DNA from: Rhizomicrobium sp.
GTDB taxonomy: Bacteria > Pseudomonadota > Alphaproteobacteria > Micropepsales > Micropepsaceae
Length of the DNA: 64,000 bases
Assembly: GCA_035547015.1 (NCBI GenBank)
Contig: DASZVO010000017.1
Coordinates: 267,638 to 331,637, forward strand
Direction: 5' to 3'
The notes below the pieces were generated by a model that had not been told where the DNA came from, did no database searches, and saw only the letters and a program-made list of their open reading frames with translations. Within the stretch, counting starts at the first letter, position 1. Each line of letters begins with the position of its first letter. Below are positions 1-9,351 of this stretch, in pieces. The position numbers and the translations under genes were made by a program.

Positions 1-284
1 CCGCGGCCTTCCACGAGGTGATGAGCGGGCGGCTGTTCACCGGCGCCGTGTTCAAGAATTACGGCGCGATGGTGCTGAACGAACAATACGAACCTGCAGG
101 CTTCGCGCTGACGCTGGGCCTGAAGGACGTGAACCTGGCGCGCGACGCCGCCGCCGGCCTGGGCGTCGAGATGCCCACCGCCGACCTGCTCAAGAAGAAT
201 TATGACCAGGCCGTGGAATGGGGCTGGCAGGACAAGGACTGGTCGGCCATCGGTGCGGTTTCAGCGCGGAAGGCGGGGCTCTGA
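1..284 (+). CDS. NAD(P)-dependent oxidoreductase, 3-hydroxyisobutyrate/6-phosphogluconate dehydrogenase family (C-terminal part; 5' end outside window)
   Basis: C-terminal helical domain pattern 'YEPAGFALTLGLKDVNLARDAA...MPTADLL...DKDWSAI'. Confidence 0.8.
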   Translation, partial: AAFHEVMSGRLFTGAVFKNYGAMVLNEQYEPAGFALTLGLKDVNLARDAAAGLGVEMPTADLLKKNYDQAVEWGWQDKDWSAIGAVSARKAGL

Positions 285-688
285 GCCTGGAGCGGTTCAT
301 CGACGCACAGGCGCCGGTCTTTGACCGGGCGCTGGCGGAATTGCGCGCGGGCCGCAAGCGCACGCATTGGATGTGGTTCGTCTTCCCGCAGGTCGCGGGT
401 CTGGGCCACAGCGCGATGGCGCAGCTTTACGCGATAGCCTCGCTCGAGGAGGCCCGGGCCTATCTGGCCCATTCCGTGCTCGGCCCCCGCCTGCGCGAGT
501 GCACACAGGCGGTGTTGAATCTGGCGGGCCACAGCGCACACGACATCTTCGGCGCACCTGACGACATGAAGTTCCGGTCTTCCATGACGCTGTTCGATCT
601 GGCCGAGCCGGACGGCATTTTCCGCGCGGCCATCGACAGATATTTCGATGGCGAAGGCGATCCGCTCACCCTGCAAAGACTTCTCTAG
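281..688 (+). CDS. DUF1810 family protein
   Basis: 'LERFIDAQ...ELRAGRKRTHWMWFVFPQVAGLGHSAMAQLYAI...YLAHSVLGPRL...IFGAPDDMKFRSSMTLF'. Start set at CTG 281, overlapping the upstream TGA; the ORF-track ATG at 218 lies inside the upstream gene. Confidence 0.85.
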   Translation: MSLERFIDAQAPVFDRALAELRAGRKRTHWMWFVFPQVAGLGHSAMAQLYAIASLEEARAYLAHSVLGPRLRECTQAVLNLAGHSAHDIFGAPDDMKFRSSMTLFDLAEPDGIFRAAIDRYFDGEGDPLTLQRLL

Positions 689-701
689 AGATTTTTAAGG
701 C

Positions 702-1060
702 GTCAGATGGCCTGTAAGCCGGGTTCTGTGCCGCTTGCGCGGCGGTGACCATTCCTCTGGGACGCTCGTCGCCGAACGCCTCGCGCGACCGACCCGGACG
801 GCGATGCGGAAAACATCACGTGCCGTCCCTATTTGGTCTTGCTCCCGGTGGGGCTTGCCGTGCCGCTTCTGTTGCCAGTCGCGCGGTGCGCTCTTACCGC
901 ACCATTTCAACCTTGCCGGACCTCTGGGGCCTTAGGCGGTGTCATTTCTGTGGCGCTGTCCCTGGGGTCGCCCCCGCCGGACGTTATCCGGCACCGTCTT
1001 TCCGTGGAGCCCGGACTTTCCTCGACGCATCGCTGCGCCGCGGCCACCCGGCCATCTGAC
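702..1060 (-). ncRNA. rnpB: RNase P RNA, bacterial type A
   Basis: Minus strand reads GAGGAAAGTCCGGGCTCC near the 5' end and ACAGAACCCGGCTTA near the 3' end. Terminal P1 helix GTCAGATGGCC/GGCCATCTGAC spans 702-712 and 1050-1060. Confidence 0.97.
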
Positions 1061-1066
1061 ATGCGC

Positions 1067-1096
1067 TTTATACTGCGGGCGATGGCAGTTTTGCCA
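1067..1096 (-). promoter_or_regulatory. Putative sigma70 promoter of rnpB
   Basis: Minus strand TGGCAA-N18-TATAAA, ending 6 nt before the P1 5' end. Confidence 0.45.
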
Positions 1097-1742
1097 GCAG
1101 CGATTGCAGCAGCCGGGCGCAATCGCGGTCCCATATGCCGTCCACGCGGAGGGGACGGAAATGACGCTGAAAAGCGCGGATCACCGCCTCCACCGGCGCG
1201 GACGGATCATAGCCATAACGCGGCAGGGCTTCCGCACCCAGCGTGCTGTCCTGGGAGACGGGCCACAGGCCAATGCCTGCCTTCGCCAGACGCTCCCAAG
1301 GAAACAGTTCGCCGGGGTCTTCCTTGCGCGCAGGCGCGACATCGCTGTGGCCCAGCACCCGCGCAGACGGAATCGGATGGCGCAGCAGTATCCCATGACA
1401 AAGGGTGATCAGCGCCTGGACCTGCGCGTCCGGAAAAGGGCGATAGCCGAACGCGTGCCCCGGATTGACCAGTTCGATCCCGATGGAGCGCGCATTGATG
1501 TCGGCGGCGCCTGCCCAGAAGGATACGCCCGCATGCCAGGCGCGCCGCGCCTCGGGCACATGGGCATAGATCGTGCCCTCTTCGTCGATCGTATAGTGCG
1601 CCGAAACCTTGGCGGCCGGATCGCACAGCCGTTCCAGCGCAGCTTCGGCCGTGGGCATGCCGGTATAATGCAGCACCAGCATGTCGACCGGCGCGCCGTC
1701 CCGATCGTCGTGATTGGGCGACGGTCTGTCCACCCGGCGCAT
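1068..1742 (-). CDS. N-acetylmuramoyl-L-alanine amidase (Amidase_2, AmpD/AmiD-like) with C-terminal peptidoglycan-binding segment
   Basis: 'LVLHYTG', 'VSAHY', 'RRAWHAGVS', 'SIGIELVN', 'GHSDVAPARKEDPGELFPW', and 'AFQRHFRP..VDG..D'. Confidence 0.93.
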   Translation of the reverse strand: MRRVDRPSPNHDDRDGAPVDMLVLHYTGMPTAEAALERLCDPAAKVSAHYTIDEEGTIYAHVPEARRAWHAGVSFWAGAADINARSIGIELVNPGHAFGYRPFPDAQVQALITLCHGILLRHPIPSARVLGHSDVAPARKEDPGELFPWERLAKAGIGLWPVSQDSTLGAEALPRYGYDPSAPVEAVIRAFQRHFRPLRVDGIWDRDCARLLQSLLAKLPSPAV

Positions 1743-2020
1743 CAGACGAAGATCTTGTAGGCGATGGTTTCGCCATCAGGGCGCCTGAGGAAGAATTCCG
1801 CGCCCTTCTCATGTTCGTCCGCCAGCGCTTCGAACAGACGCAGCGCATTGCGGATCACCTCGGCATAGGAAGCGGCTTCGCTGCGCTCCTTGAGTTTCTG
1901 CAACCGCGCCAGCGCCTGTGGCGGCATTTCGAGTTGCACGCGGGTGGTGGCGCGTTCGCCGTCTTCGGCAGCTTCCTCCCGCATCCGGCGGCGATGATGG
2001 CCGTGCATGTGGCCCCTCAT
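1742..2020 (-). CDS. Ribbon-helix-helix (CopG-like) DNA-binding protein with His-rich N-terminal extension
   Basis: RHH pattern 'TRVQLEMPPQALARLQKLKERSEAASYAEVIRNALRLF'. Strong SD GGAGGT; ATGA overlap with the upstream ORF and TGATG overlap with the amidase. Confidence 0.8.
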   Translation of the reverse strand: MRGHMHGHHRRRMREEAAEDGERATTRVQLEMPPQALARLQKLKERSEAASYAEVIRNALRLFEALADEHEKGAEFFLRRPDGETIAYKIFV

Positions 2021-2199
2021 GCTTCACCTCCCGATTTAGGCATCTGGCGGCGCCAGGCTTTCAGGGCTTCGAGTAGCGCCGCCGTATGGGCATGCGCGTC
2101 GTGGCGATGGTGGCAGCGATGGCGATGCCGGTGGCGGCCGCGCTGGCGGCCTTCCTCCAGCGGGAATTCCTCGCCCACGCCGATATCGAGTTTGCTCAT
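2017..2199 (-). CDS. His/Arg-rich 60-aa microprotein of unknown function
   Basis: SD-like AAGGAAAG before ATG; coupled by ATGA to the RHH gene; 8 His and 1 Cys in 'RHRHRHRCHHRHDAHAH'. Confidence 0.65.
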   Translation of the reverse strand: MSKLDIGVGEEFPLEEGRQRGRHRHRHRCHHRHDAHAHTAALLEALKAWRRQMPKSGGEA

Positions 2200-2241
2200 G
2201 ATCTTTCCTTTCTAACGCGCCCGCCCAGAGCCCGCGGAAAG

Positions 2242-2296
2242 ATAATCATCATAAAATCATCAAATGTCAATATTCGACATCAAAAAATCATCAAAT
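2242..2296 (-). promoter_or_regulatory. Putative sigma70 promoter (TTGACA-N17-GATTAT) overlapped by repeated TGATG motifs
   Basis: TTGACA at 2265-2270 (minus), GATTAT at 2242-2247, and a 13-bp direct repeat AAAATCATCAAAT at 2253-2265 and 2284-2296, in an AT-rich island. Confidence 0.55.
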
Positions 2297-3001
2297 ACTC
2301 TTAACGCCCCGTTCCTGCTGGATTTTTTCATAGGCCGCGTTGATCGCGGCCAGCTTGTCGTTGGCCAACCGGATGAATTCCTCGGGCACGCCGCGTGCGA
2401 TCAGGCTGTCGGGATGGTTCTCGCGCACCAGCCGGCGATAGGTCTGACGGATCTCCTCGTCGCCCGCCACATAAGAGACGCCCAGGATCACATAGGGATC
2501 GGTCAGTTCCGGGGCGAAATGGCTGGCGCGGATGCGCCGGAATTCGTTGGGCGCGAATCCGAATATCTCGGCCACCCGTTCGAGGAAGGCGGATTCCGCC
2601 GGATGCAATACGCCATCGGCCTTGGCGATCTCGAACAGTCCATCGAGGATGTCTTCCAGCACCGCCGGGTTGCCTACGAACAGCCGCGCGATCTGGCCTG
2701 CATAATGCTCGAAGCCTGCCACGTCCTGCCGCGCCAGGTTGAAAATGCGCCGGACATTGGGCTCATCCTCAGCTGGAACGCCGAACTGGGTGCGGAAGAC
2801 CGCGAATTCCTCTTCGGTGGTGATGCCGTCGGCCTTAGCCATCTTGCCGGCTAGCGCAACCACCGCGATAGTGAAGGTGACGCCTGGATCGGCCTCGCGG
2901 TCGAGCAGGAAATGCCCCGCCACCGCGCCGACAAGCGCGCCCACCGGGCCGCCGACAAACAGGCCCGCGGCCGCTCCACCTACCTTGCCCCAGATTGACA
3001 T
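2291..3001 (-). CDS. djlA: DjlA-like co-chaperone (N-terminal TM, TerB-like domain, C-terminal J domain)
   Basis: 'MSIWGKVGGAAAGLFVGGPVGALVG', 'KMAKADG', and J domain 'DPYVILGV...YRRLVRENHPD'. Confidence 0.88.
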   Translation of the reverse strand: MSIWGKVGGAAAGLFVGGPVGALVGAVAGHFLLDREADPGVTFTIAVVALAGKMAKADGITTEEEFAVFRTQFGVPAEDEPNVRRIFNLARQDVAGFEHYAGQIARLFVGNPAVLEDILDGLFEIAKADGVLHPAESAFLERVAEIFGFAPNEFRRIRASHFAPELTDPYVILGVSYVAGDEEIRQTYRRLVRENHPDSLIARGVPEEFIRLANDKLAAINAAYEKIQQERGVKSI

Positions 3002-3008
3002 GGTGCGT

Positions 3009-3668
3009 TCAATCTAGCCCGCGGGGACGAGATTGCGAACCCTGCCGCCGCGCCACGCGCCGCAGCAGAAACGTCGCAGCCAGGCCCAACGCCAGCATCA
3101 GGCAGCCAAGCACCCACTGCCCACCTTTCAGCATCTCGCCACCCGAAGCGCCCACATCCACCTGCGCCAGCGTCATCGGCGCCATGCCCGCAAGGGAACC
3201 CAGCAGGTAATCGCGCCATTTCAGATTGGTCATGGCGAGCAGCGTATTGCCGAGGCTGTGCGGCAATGGAGTCAGGCGCACGATAGCCACCGCGCGCCAG
3301 CCGCCATGTTCGGCGCGCGCAATGAGCTGGCCAATGCCGGGCGAAGTGTCCAGCACGCCGCCGATGCCGAACCAACGCACCAGCGCGAAACCCGCAGCAG
3401 CCCCCGCGAGTGCGCCGACCAGCGCCCAGACCGCCCCCCAGTACAGGCCGAACAGCAGCCCCGCCGCCACGCCCAGCACCGTGCGCGGCACGAACAGCAG
3501 GCTGGCCGCGACCTGCAACGCGATGAACAGCGCAGGCGAAAGCGGATGGGCCGCGATGGCGTTGCGGATCGCGGCGGGATCGATCGCATGACGATAGACG
3601 ACCGCCAGCACGATGCCCGCCGCCACCGCCAGCAGCGCGACAAGGCGCGACGCGGACTTCAGCGTCAC
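3009..3668 (-). CDS. TVP38/TMEM64 (VTT/DedA) family membrane protein
   Basis: Hydrophobic; '[21 protein letters not shown]', '[12 protein letters not shown]', '[11 protein letters not shown]'. GTG start overlaps the metH stop. Confidence 0.85.
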   Translation of the reverse strand: MTLKSASRLVALLAVAAGIVLAVVYRHAIDPAAIRNAIAAHPLSPALFIALQVAASLLFVPRTVLGVAAGLLFGLYWGAVWALVGALAGAAAGFALVRWFGIGGVLDTSPGIGQLIARAEHGGWRAVAIVRLTPLPHSLGNTLLAMTNLKWRDYLLGSLAGMAPMTLAQVDVGASGGEMLKGGQWVLGCLMLALGLAATFLLRRVARRQGSQSRPRGLD

Positions 3669-6600
3669 GCCGCGCTCGCCGCGCGGGGATTATAGTTGAG
3701 TAACGGCGCCAGCCAGCGTTCGGCCTCCTCCACGCTCCAGCCCTTGCGGCGGGCGTAATCCTCGACCTGGTCACGCTCGATCTTGCCGACGCCGAAATAG
3801 CGGCTTTCTGGATGCGCGAAATAAAGCCCGCTCACCGACGAGCCCGGCCACATGGCGAAGCTTTCCGTCAGCTTCACGCCGATCATGGCTTCCGCATCCA
3901 GGAGCTTGAACAGAGTGGCCTTCTCCGAATGTTCCGGCTGGGCGGGATAGCCCGGCGCGGGGCGGATGCCGGTATAGACTTCCTTTATCAGTTCGTCATT
4001 GGTGAAGTTTTCGTCAGGCGCATAGCCCCAGAGAGTCTTGCGCACCCGTTCATGCATGGCTTCCGCAAAGGCTTCGGCCAGGCGATCGGACAAGGCGCGC
4101 AGCAGGATCGCGGAATAATCGTCCTTGGCCGCCTCGAAAGCCTTGATATGCGGCTCTTCACCGATGCCGGCCGTCACCACAAAGCCGCCGATATAATCTC
4201 TGGTTCCCGCAGGTGCGACGAAGTCGGACAGCGCCAGGTTGGGGCGGCCCTGCTCACGCACCATCTGCTGGCGCAGGGTGTGCAGCGTGGCGATCGGCGA
4301 CGTGCGCGCCTCATCGCTAAAAACCAGGATGTCATCCCCCATACTGTTGGCCGGCCAGAAGCCGATCACGGCGCGGGCGGTCAGCCATTTCTCGGCGATG
4401 ATGCGCTTCAGCATCTTCTGCGCGTCGTTGAACAGGTCGGTCGCCGCCTTGCCCACTTTCTCGTCGCTGAGAATGGCGGGATAGGGGCCCGCCAGTTCCC
4501 AGGTCTGGAAGAAGGGGGTCCAGTCGATATAGTCGGCCAGTTCCGCCAGGTTGTAGTCTTCGAAGACGCGGGTGCCCAGGAATTTTGGCGCGGGCGCGAC
4601 ATGGCCGAAATCGGGACGGGCGCGGTTGGCCTGCGCCTCAGCAAGGGTGAGGCGGCGAGCGTTGCTTCGTTGCGCCGCATGGTTGCGGGCGATGCTGTCG
4701 TATTCGGCGCGCACGGCAGCGGCATAGCCGGCGCCGCCGTCCCTGGACAGGAGACTGGACGCCACGCCCACCGCGCGGCTGGCGTCTGTGACATAGACCG
4801 TCTGGCCGCGTACATAAGCCGGATTGATCTTGACGGCCGTGTGCACCTTCGACGTCGTGGCGCCGCCGATCAGCAGCGGGATGGAAAAGCCCTGCCGCTC
4901 CATTTCGCCCGCCACATGCACCATCTCGTCCAGCGAGGGCGTGATCAGGCCCGACAGGCCGATCAGGTCGGCCTTCTGCGCGCGCGCGGCATCGAGGATC
5001 TTCTGCGCAGGCGTCATCACGCCCAAGTCGATCACCTCATAGCCGTTGCACTGAAGCACCACGCCCACAATGTTCTTGCCGATGTCGTGGACGTCACCCT
5101 TGACCGTCGCCATCACGATCCTGCCGGCCTTTTCCTGGGCGGCGCCCTTGTCGGCCTCCATGTATGGCAACAGATAGGCCACGGCCTTCTTCATCACGCG
5201 GGCGGACTTGACCACTTGAGGCAGGAACATCTTGCCCGAGCCGAACAGGTCGCCCACCACATTCATGCCCGCCATAAGCGGTCCCTCGATCACGTCCAGC
5301 GGGCGGGCGGCGGCCTGACGCGCCTCCTCCGTGTCCTCCACGATGAAGGTGTCGATGCCGTGCACCATCGCGTGGGTGATGCGCTCATCCACCGGCCCAT
5401 TGCGCCAGGCCACATCTTCCACGACAGCGGCGGCGGCCCCGCCCCTGTATTGCTGCGCCAGATCCAGAAGCCGCTCCGTCGCGTCGGGACGGCGGTTGAA
5501 CAGCACATCCTCGATCCCCTCGCGCAGCGGCGTGGGGATGTCCTGATAGACGGTCAGCTGGCCCGCATTGACGATGCCCATGTCCATGCCCGCCTTGATC
5601 GCATGGAACAGGAAAACCGAATGCATCGCCTCGCGCACCTTCTCGTTGCCGCGGAAGGAGAAAGAGAAGTTAGACACCCCGCCCGAGATGTGGCAGTGCG
5701 GATTGCCCTCGCGGATCGCCTGGGCCGCCTCGATGAAGGCCTTGCCGTATTCATTGTGCTCTTCGATGCCGGTGGCCACCGCGAAGATGTTGGGATCGAA
5801 GATGATGTCTTCCGGCGGGAATCCCACCTGTTCCGTCAATATGCGATAGGCGCGGCTGCAGATCTCGATCTTGCGCTCCCTGGTGTCGGCCTGTCCGGCC
5901 TCGTCGAAGGCCATCACCACCACGGCCGCGCCGAACCGGCGCACTTCCCGCGCATGGGCGATGAACGCTGCCTCGCCCTCTTTGAGCGATATGGAGTTCA
6001 CGATGCCCTTGCCCTGGCAGCATTTGAGGCCCGCCTGGATGACGCTCCACTTGGAGCTGTCGATCATCAGCGGCACTTTCGAGATGCCGGGCTCGCTGGC
6101 GATCAGATTGACGAAGCGGGTCATCGCCGCCTCGCTGTCGATCAGACCTTCGTCCATGTTGATGTCGATGATCTGGGCGCCGTTCTCCACCTGCTGGCGC
6201 GCGATCTCCAGCGCCGCTTCATAATCGTTGGCTGCGATCAGCTTGCGGAATTTCGCGCTGCCGGTGATGTTGGTGCGCTCACCCACATTGACGAAATTCG
6301 TCTCGGGCGTGAGCGTAAAGGGCTCCAGCCCCGACAGGCGCATGAATTTCGGCTTTTCCGGGATTCGGCGCGGGGGCACGTCCCTGATGGCCTGGCCGAA
6401 TGCCTTGATGTGTTCGGGCCGGGTGCCGCAGCAGCCGCCGACGATATTGACCAGTCCGGACCGCGCGAATTCGCCGATCATCTCGGCCATTGTCTCCGGC
6501 GTCTCGTCATAGCCGCCGAATTCGTTGGGCAGCCCCGCATTGGGGTGGGCGCTGACCAGCGTATCGCAGGCTCCCGCCAGTTCCGCGATATAGGGCCGGA

Positions 6601-7366
6601 GTTCCTTGGCCCCCAGCGCGCAGTTGAGGCCGATGGCGAAGGGATCGGCATGGCGGACCGAATGCCAGAAGGCTTCCGGCGTCTGGCCCGTCAGCGTGCG
6701 GCCCGACAGGTCGGTAATGGTGCCGGAAATCCAGACCGGCAGACGCACGCCCAGTTCCTCGAACACTTCCTCGATGGCATAGACCGCCGCCTTGCAGTTC
6801 AGCGTGTCGAATACCGTCTCGATCATCAGCACGTCGCTGCCGCCGCGGATCAGCCCCCGCGCCGCGTCGCGATATGTCTCGCGCAGCGCGTCAAAGGTGA
6901 TGTTGCGGAAGGCGGGATCGTTGACGTCGGGCGAGATTGAAGCGGTGCGATTGGCTGGCCCCAGCACCCCTGCCACCAAGCGGGGGCGGTCCTGCGTGGA
7001 ATATTCGTCGCACAGCGTGCGCGCCAGCCGCGCGCCGGCTTCGTTCAGCTCGCCGACCAGATGCCCCAGGCCGTAATCCTCCTGGCTGGTGAAGTTGGAG
7101 TTGAAGGTGTTCGTCTCGATGAAGTCGACGCCGGCTTCCAGATACTGACGGCCGATGTTCTGGATGATCTCGGGCTTGGTCAGGGTCAGAAGGTCATTGT
7201 TGCCCTTGAGCTCCGAGGGATGGTTGCCGAAGCGCGCGCCCCGGAAATCCTCCTCGCCCAGCTTGAAGGTCTGGATCATCACGCCCCAGGAACCATCGAG
7301 CAGCAGAAGCCGCTTGCCGGCCTCCCGCTTCATCCAGGCTATGCGGGCGTCACGGGAGGCGTTCAT
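3665..7366 (-). CDS. metH: Cobalamin-dependent methionine synthase (full-length, four modules)
   Basis: 'LLLDGSWG', 'GLNCALG', 'GGCCGT', '[10 protein letters not shown]', '[10 protein letters not shown]', 'LSGLITPSL', and '[10 protein letters not shown]'. Start set at ATG 7366 (ATGA overlap with metF). Confidence 0.98.
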   Translation of the reverse strand: MNASRDARIAWMKREAGKRLLLLDGSWGVMIQTFKLGEEDFRGARFGNHPSELKGNNDLLTLTKPEIIQNIGRQYLEAGVDFIETNTFNSNFTSQEDYGLGHLVGELNEAGARLARTLCDEYSTQDRPRLVAGVLGPANRTASISPDVNDPAFRNITFDALRETYRDAARGLIRGGSDVLMIETVFDTLNCKAAVYAIEEVFEELGVRLPVWISGTITDLSGRTLTGQTPEAFWHSVRHADPFAIGLNCALGAKELRPYIAELAGACDTLVSAHPNAGLPNEFGGYDETPETMAEMIGEFARSGLVNIVGGCCGTRPEHIKAFGQAIRDVPPRRIPEKPKFMRLSGLEPFTLTPETNFVNVGERTNITGSAKFRKLIAANDYEAALEIARQQVENGAQIIDINMDEGLIDSEAAMTRFVNLIASEPGISKVPLMIDSSKWSVIQAGLKCCQGKGIVNSISLKEGEAAFIAHAREVRRFGAAVVVMAFDEAGQADTRERKIEICSRAYRILTEQVGFPPEDIIFDPNIFAVATGIEEHNEYGKAFIEAAQAIREGNPHCHISGGVSNFSFSFRGNEKVREAMHSVFLFHAIKAGMDMGIVNAGQLTVYQDIPTPLREGIEDVLFNRRPDATERLLDLAQQYRGGAAAAVVEDVAWRNGPVDERITHAMVHGIDTFIVEDTEEARQAAARPLDVIEGPLMAGMNVVGDLFGSGKMFLPQVVKSARVMKKAVAYLLPYMEADKGAAQEKAGRIVMATVKGDVHDIGKNIVGVVLQCNGYEVIDLGVMTPAQKILDAARAQKADLIGLSGLITPSLDEMVHVAGEMERQGFSIPLLIGGATTSKVHTAVKINPAYVRGQTVYVTDASRAVGVASSLLSRDGGAGYAAAVRAEYDSIARNHAAQRSNARRLTLAEAQANRARPDFGHVAPAPKFLGTRVFEDYNLAELADYIDWTPFFQTWELAGPYPAILSDEKVGKAATDLFNDAQKMLKRIIAEKWLTARAVIGFWPANSMGDDILVFSDEARTSPIATLHTLRQQMVREQGRPNLALSDFVAPAGTRDYIGGFVVTAGIGEEPHIKAFEAAKDDYSAILLRALSDRLAEAFAEAMHERVRKTLWGYAPDENFTNDELIKEVYTGIRPAPGYPAQPEHSEKATLFKLLDAEAMIGVKLTESFAMWPGSSVSGLYFAHPESRYFGVGKIERDQVEDYARRKGWSVEEAERWLAPLLNYNPRAASAA

Positions 7367-8262
7367 GTGCGGTCCTTGCTGGCGCTTTGTTCCGGCCGGA
7401 TCCCCAGTATACGGCATGCCGCATAGGTGAGGTTGGCCTGGTTGAGCGTATAGAAATGAAACTGGCAAAAGCCGCGCCGGCGCAATTGCTGCACCTGGTC
7501 GGCCAGCACGGCGGCGGCAACCACGCGGCGCGTCTCGACGTCTTCATCCAGGCCTTCATAAGCTTTCGCCAGCCAGGCCGGAATGGACGCGCCGGTCCGG
7601 GCCGCCATGCGCGCCACGCCGGTGAAATTGGTAGTGGGCATGATGCCCGGTATGACGGGGATGGCGATGCCCGCCGCCGCCGCATCGTCGCGAAAGCGCG
7701 CGGTGAGATCGTTGTCGAAGCAGAATTGGCCCAGCGCGCGGCTGGCGCCCGCATCCATCTTCCGCTTCAGCAGGTCGATGTCATGGCCGTGGCTGGGCGA
7801 ATCCGGATGCCGTTCGGGATAGAAGGAGACGCTGATCTCGAAGGGCGCGATCTTCCGGATGCCAGCGATCATTTCGGGAGTCGATCTGTAGCCGTCGGGA
7901 TGGGGACGATAAGGCCCGTCCATGTTCGGCATGTCTCCGCGCAACGCCACGATATGACGGATGCCGGCGTCCCAGTAGGCGCGTACGATGTCGTCGACTT
8001 CGCCTTTCGAATGGGCCACGCATGTCAGATGTGCCGCGGGCTTGAGGCGCGTCTCTTCCACGATACGCCTGACGGTGGCATGGGTGCGTTCGCGCGTGGA
8101 ACCGCCCGCGCCATAGGTGACCGAGACGAAGGCGGGCGACAGCGGTTCCAGCCGCCGGATCGCCTGCCACAGATTGGCTTCCGCTTCCGCGCTTTTCGGC
8201 GGCGAGAACTCGAACGAGACCGAAAGCGGGCTCGGGTCGGCGATCAGGCGTTCCAGGCTCAT
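7363..8262 (-). CDS. metF: 5,10-methylenetetrahydrofolate reductase
   Basis: '[10 protein letters not shown]', 'SVTYGAGGS', 'AHLTC', 'ALRGD', and 'HFYTLN'. Start set at ATG 8262 (ATGA overlap with sahR). Confidence 0.97.
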   Translation of the reverse strand: MSLERLIADPSPLSVSFEFSPPKSAEAEANLWQAIRRLEPLSPAFVSVTYGAGGSTRERTHATVRRIVEETRLKPAAHLTCVAHSKGEVDDIVRAYWDAGIRHIVALRGDMPNMDGPYRPHPDGYRSTPEMIAGIRKIAPFEISVSFYPERHPDSPSHGHDIDLLKRKMDAGASRALGQFCFDNDLTARFRDDAAAAGIAIPVIPGIMPTTNFTGVARMAARTGASIPAWLAKAYEGLDEDVETRRVVAAAVLADQVQQLRRRGFCQFHFYTLNQANLTYAACRILGIRPEQSASKDRT

Positions 8263-9245
8263 GCTGCTTCTTTTTTTGCCGGTTCTTTTTTCGCTTTGGC
8301 CCTGGCGGTGGCGAGCCACAGCTTGACCGTCAGTTTCTCGCTGGCGCGCGGCGCGATGGCCTCGACGCTGATGGGCGAAAGACCCGCGCCCAGAAGCCAG
8401 CCGTCCACCTCGCGATCAGAAAATCCCAGACGGCGATGGGCGAATTCCTCCCGCAGGAATTCTTCCTTGTGGGGCGCGAAATCGGCGATCAGCAGGCGCC
8501 CCCCCGGCGTCATCACGCGGGCGGCTTCGGCCACCGCCGCGCCTGGATCGTCCAGATAGTGCAGCACCTGATGGAACAGCACCACGTCGAAGCCGTTGCC
8601 CGGCCCGCCATTGGGGAACGGCAGGCGATAGGTGTCGCCAAGGCGCACCTGGGCATTGCGGATATTGCCGCGCAGGAGCCGGTCGCGGGCAATGGCCAGC
8701 ATGTCGGGACTGACGTCAATACCCACGGCGCGGCGTGCGTGCGGCGCGATCAACTCCAGCATCCGCCCCGTGCCGGTGCCCGCATCGAGCAGGTTCTCGA
8801 TCGCGCCGCCGGTCAGGTGACGCAGGATCGCCGCTTCGACATCCTTTTCCGGGGCATGAAGCGCGCGAATGCGTCCCCATTCTGCCGCATTGGCCTTGAA
8901 ATAGGCGGCCGCCGTCGCCGCCCGGCTGCTGCGCACGTGGGCGAGCCTGGCCTTGTCGGCCTCCTGCAGGTGCGGATCGGCCAGGGCCGCGATGGCCCCG
9001 CCCAGTTCGGCGCCCACGCCCCGGTCGGCGGCGCGGCAGAAAACCCAGCTTCCTTCCTTGAACCGCTCGACCAGCCCGGCCTCGACCAGCAGTTTGAGAT
9101 GGCGCGAGACGCGCGGCTGGCTCTGGCCCACGATCTCGATCAGCTCGCTGACGGTGAGCTCGGCCTGGCGCAACAGCAGCAGCAGGCGCAACCTTGTGGG
9201 GTCGCCTGCAGCGCGCAGCATGGAAACCAGCCTGTCCATTGCCAT
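8259..9245 (-). CDS. sahR: ArsR-family HTH fused to SAM-dependent methyltransferase-like domain (SahR-type regulator)
   Basis: N-terminal 'DPTRLRLLLLL...ELTVSEL...QSQPRVSRHLKLL..AGLV', C-terminal 'LLDAGTGTG...VLHYLDDP'; heads the metF-metH operon. Start is 9245 or 9239. Confidence 0.85.
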   Translation of the reverse strand: MAMDRLVSMLRAAGDPTRLRLLLLLRQAELTVSELIEIVGQSQPRVSRHLKLLVEAGLVERFKEGSWVFCRAADRGVGAELGGAIAALADPHLQEADKARLAHVRSSRAATAAAYFKANAAEWGRIRALHAPEKDVEAAILRHLTGGAIENLLDAGTGTGRMLELIAPHARRAVGIDVSPDMLAIARDRLLRGNIRNAQVRLGDTYRLPFPNGGPGNGFDVVLFHQVLHYLDDPGAAVAEAARVMTPGGRLLIADFAPHKEEFLREEFAHRRLGFSDREVDGWLLGAGLSPISVEAIAPRASEKLTVKLWLATARAKAKKEPAKKEAA

Positions 9246-9249
9246 CCTA

Positions 9250-9271
9250 CATATAAACATATCTTTATATG
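9250..9271. promoter_or_regulatory. Palindromic operator, probable SahR site
   Basis: CATATAAA-CATATC-TTTATATG: perfect 8-bp inverted repeat with 6-bp spacer immediately upstream of the sahR start, AT-rich in a GC-rich genome. Confidence 0.75.
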
Positions 9272-9351
9272 CTTAGTTTGCGGGCGGCCGCAAGGGGCTG
9301 GATTTGGCCGGCGAAAACCGGCAGAACCCGCGCCGATCAGGGGTTTCGGCG

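Noticed and set aside
695-1134. Several short ORFs (695-910, 735-935, 745-1059, 907-1134) over the RNase P region
   Set aside because: They lie within a clear structured RNA gene and have no protein motifs.
3812-6940. 1042-aa ORF antisense to metH (likewise 10859-12007, 24553-26556, 29332-31035, 51766-53187, 57271-59892)
   Set aside because: These are typical stop-free shadow frames of GC-rich genes with strong codon bias; no recognisable domains or start signals.
7400-9350. Search for SAM or cobalamin riboswitches ahead of metF/metH
   Set aside because: The genes are joined by ATGA overlaps with no leader space, and a protein operator is present instead.
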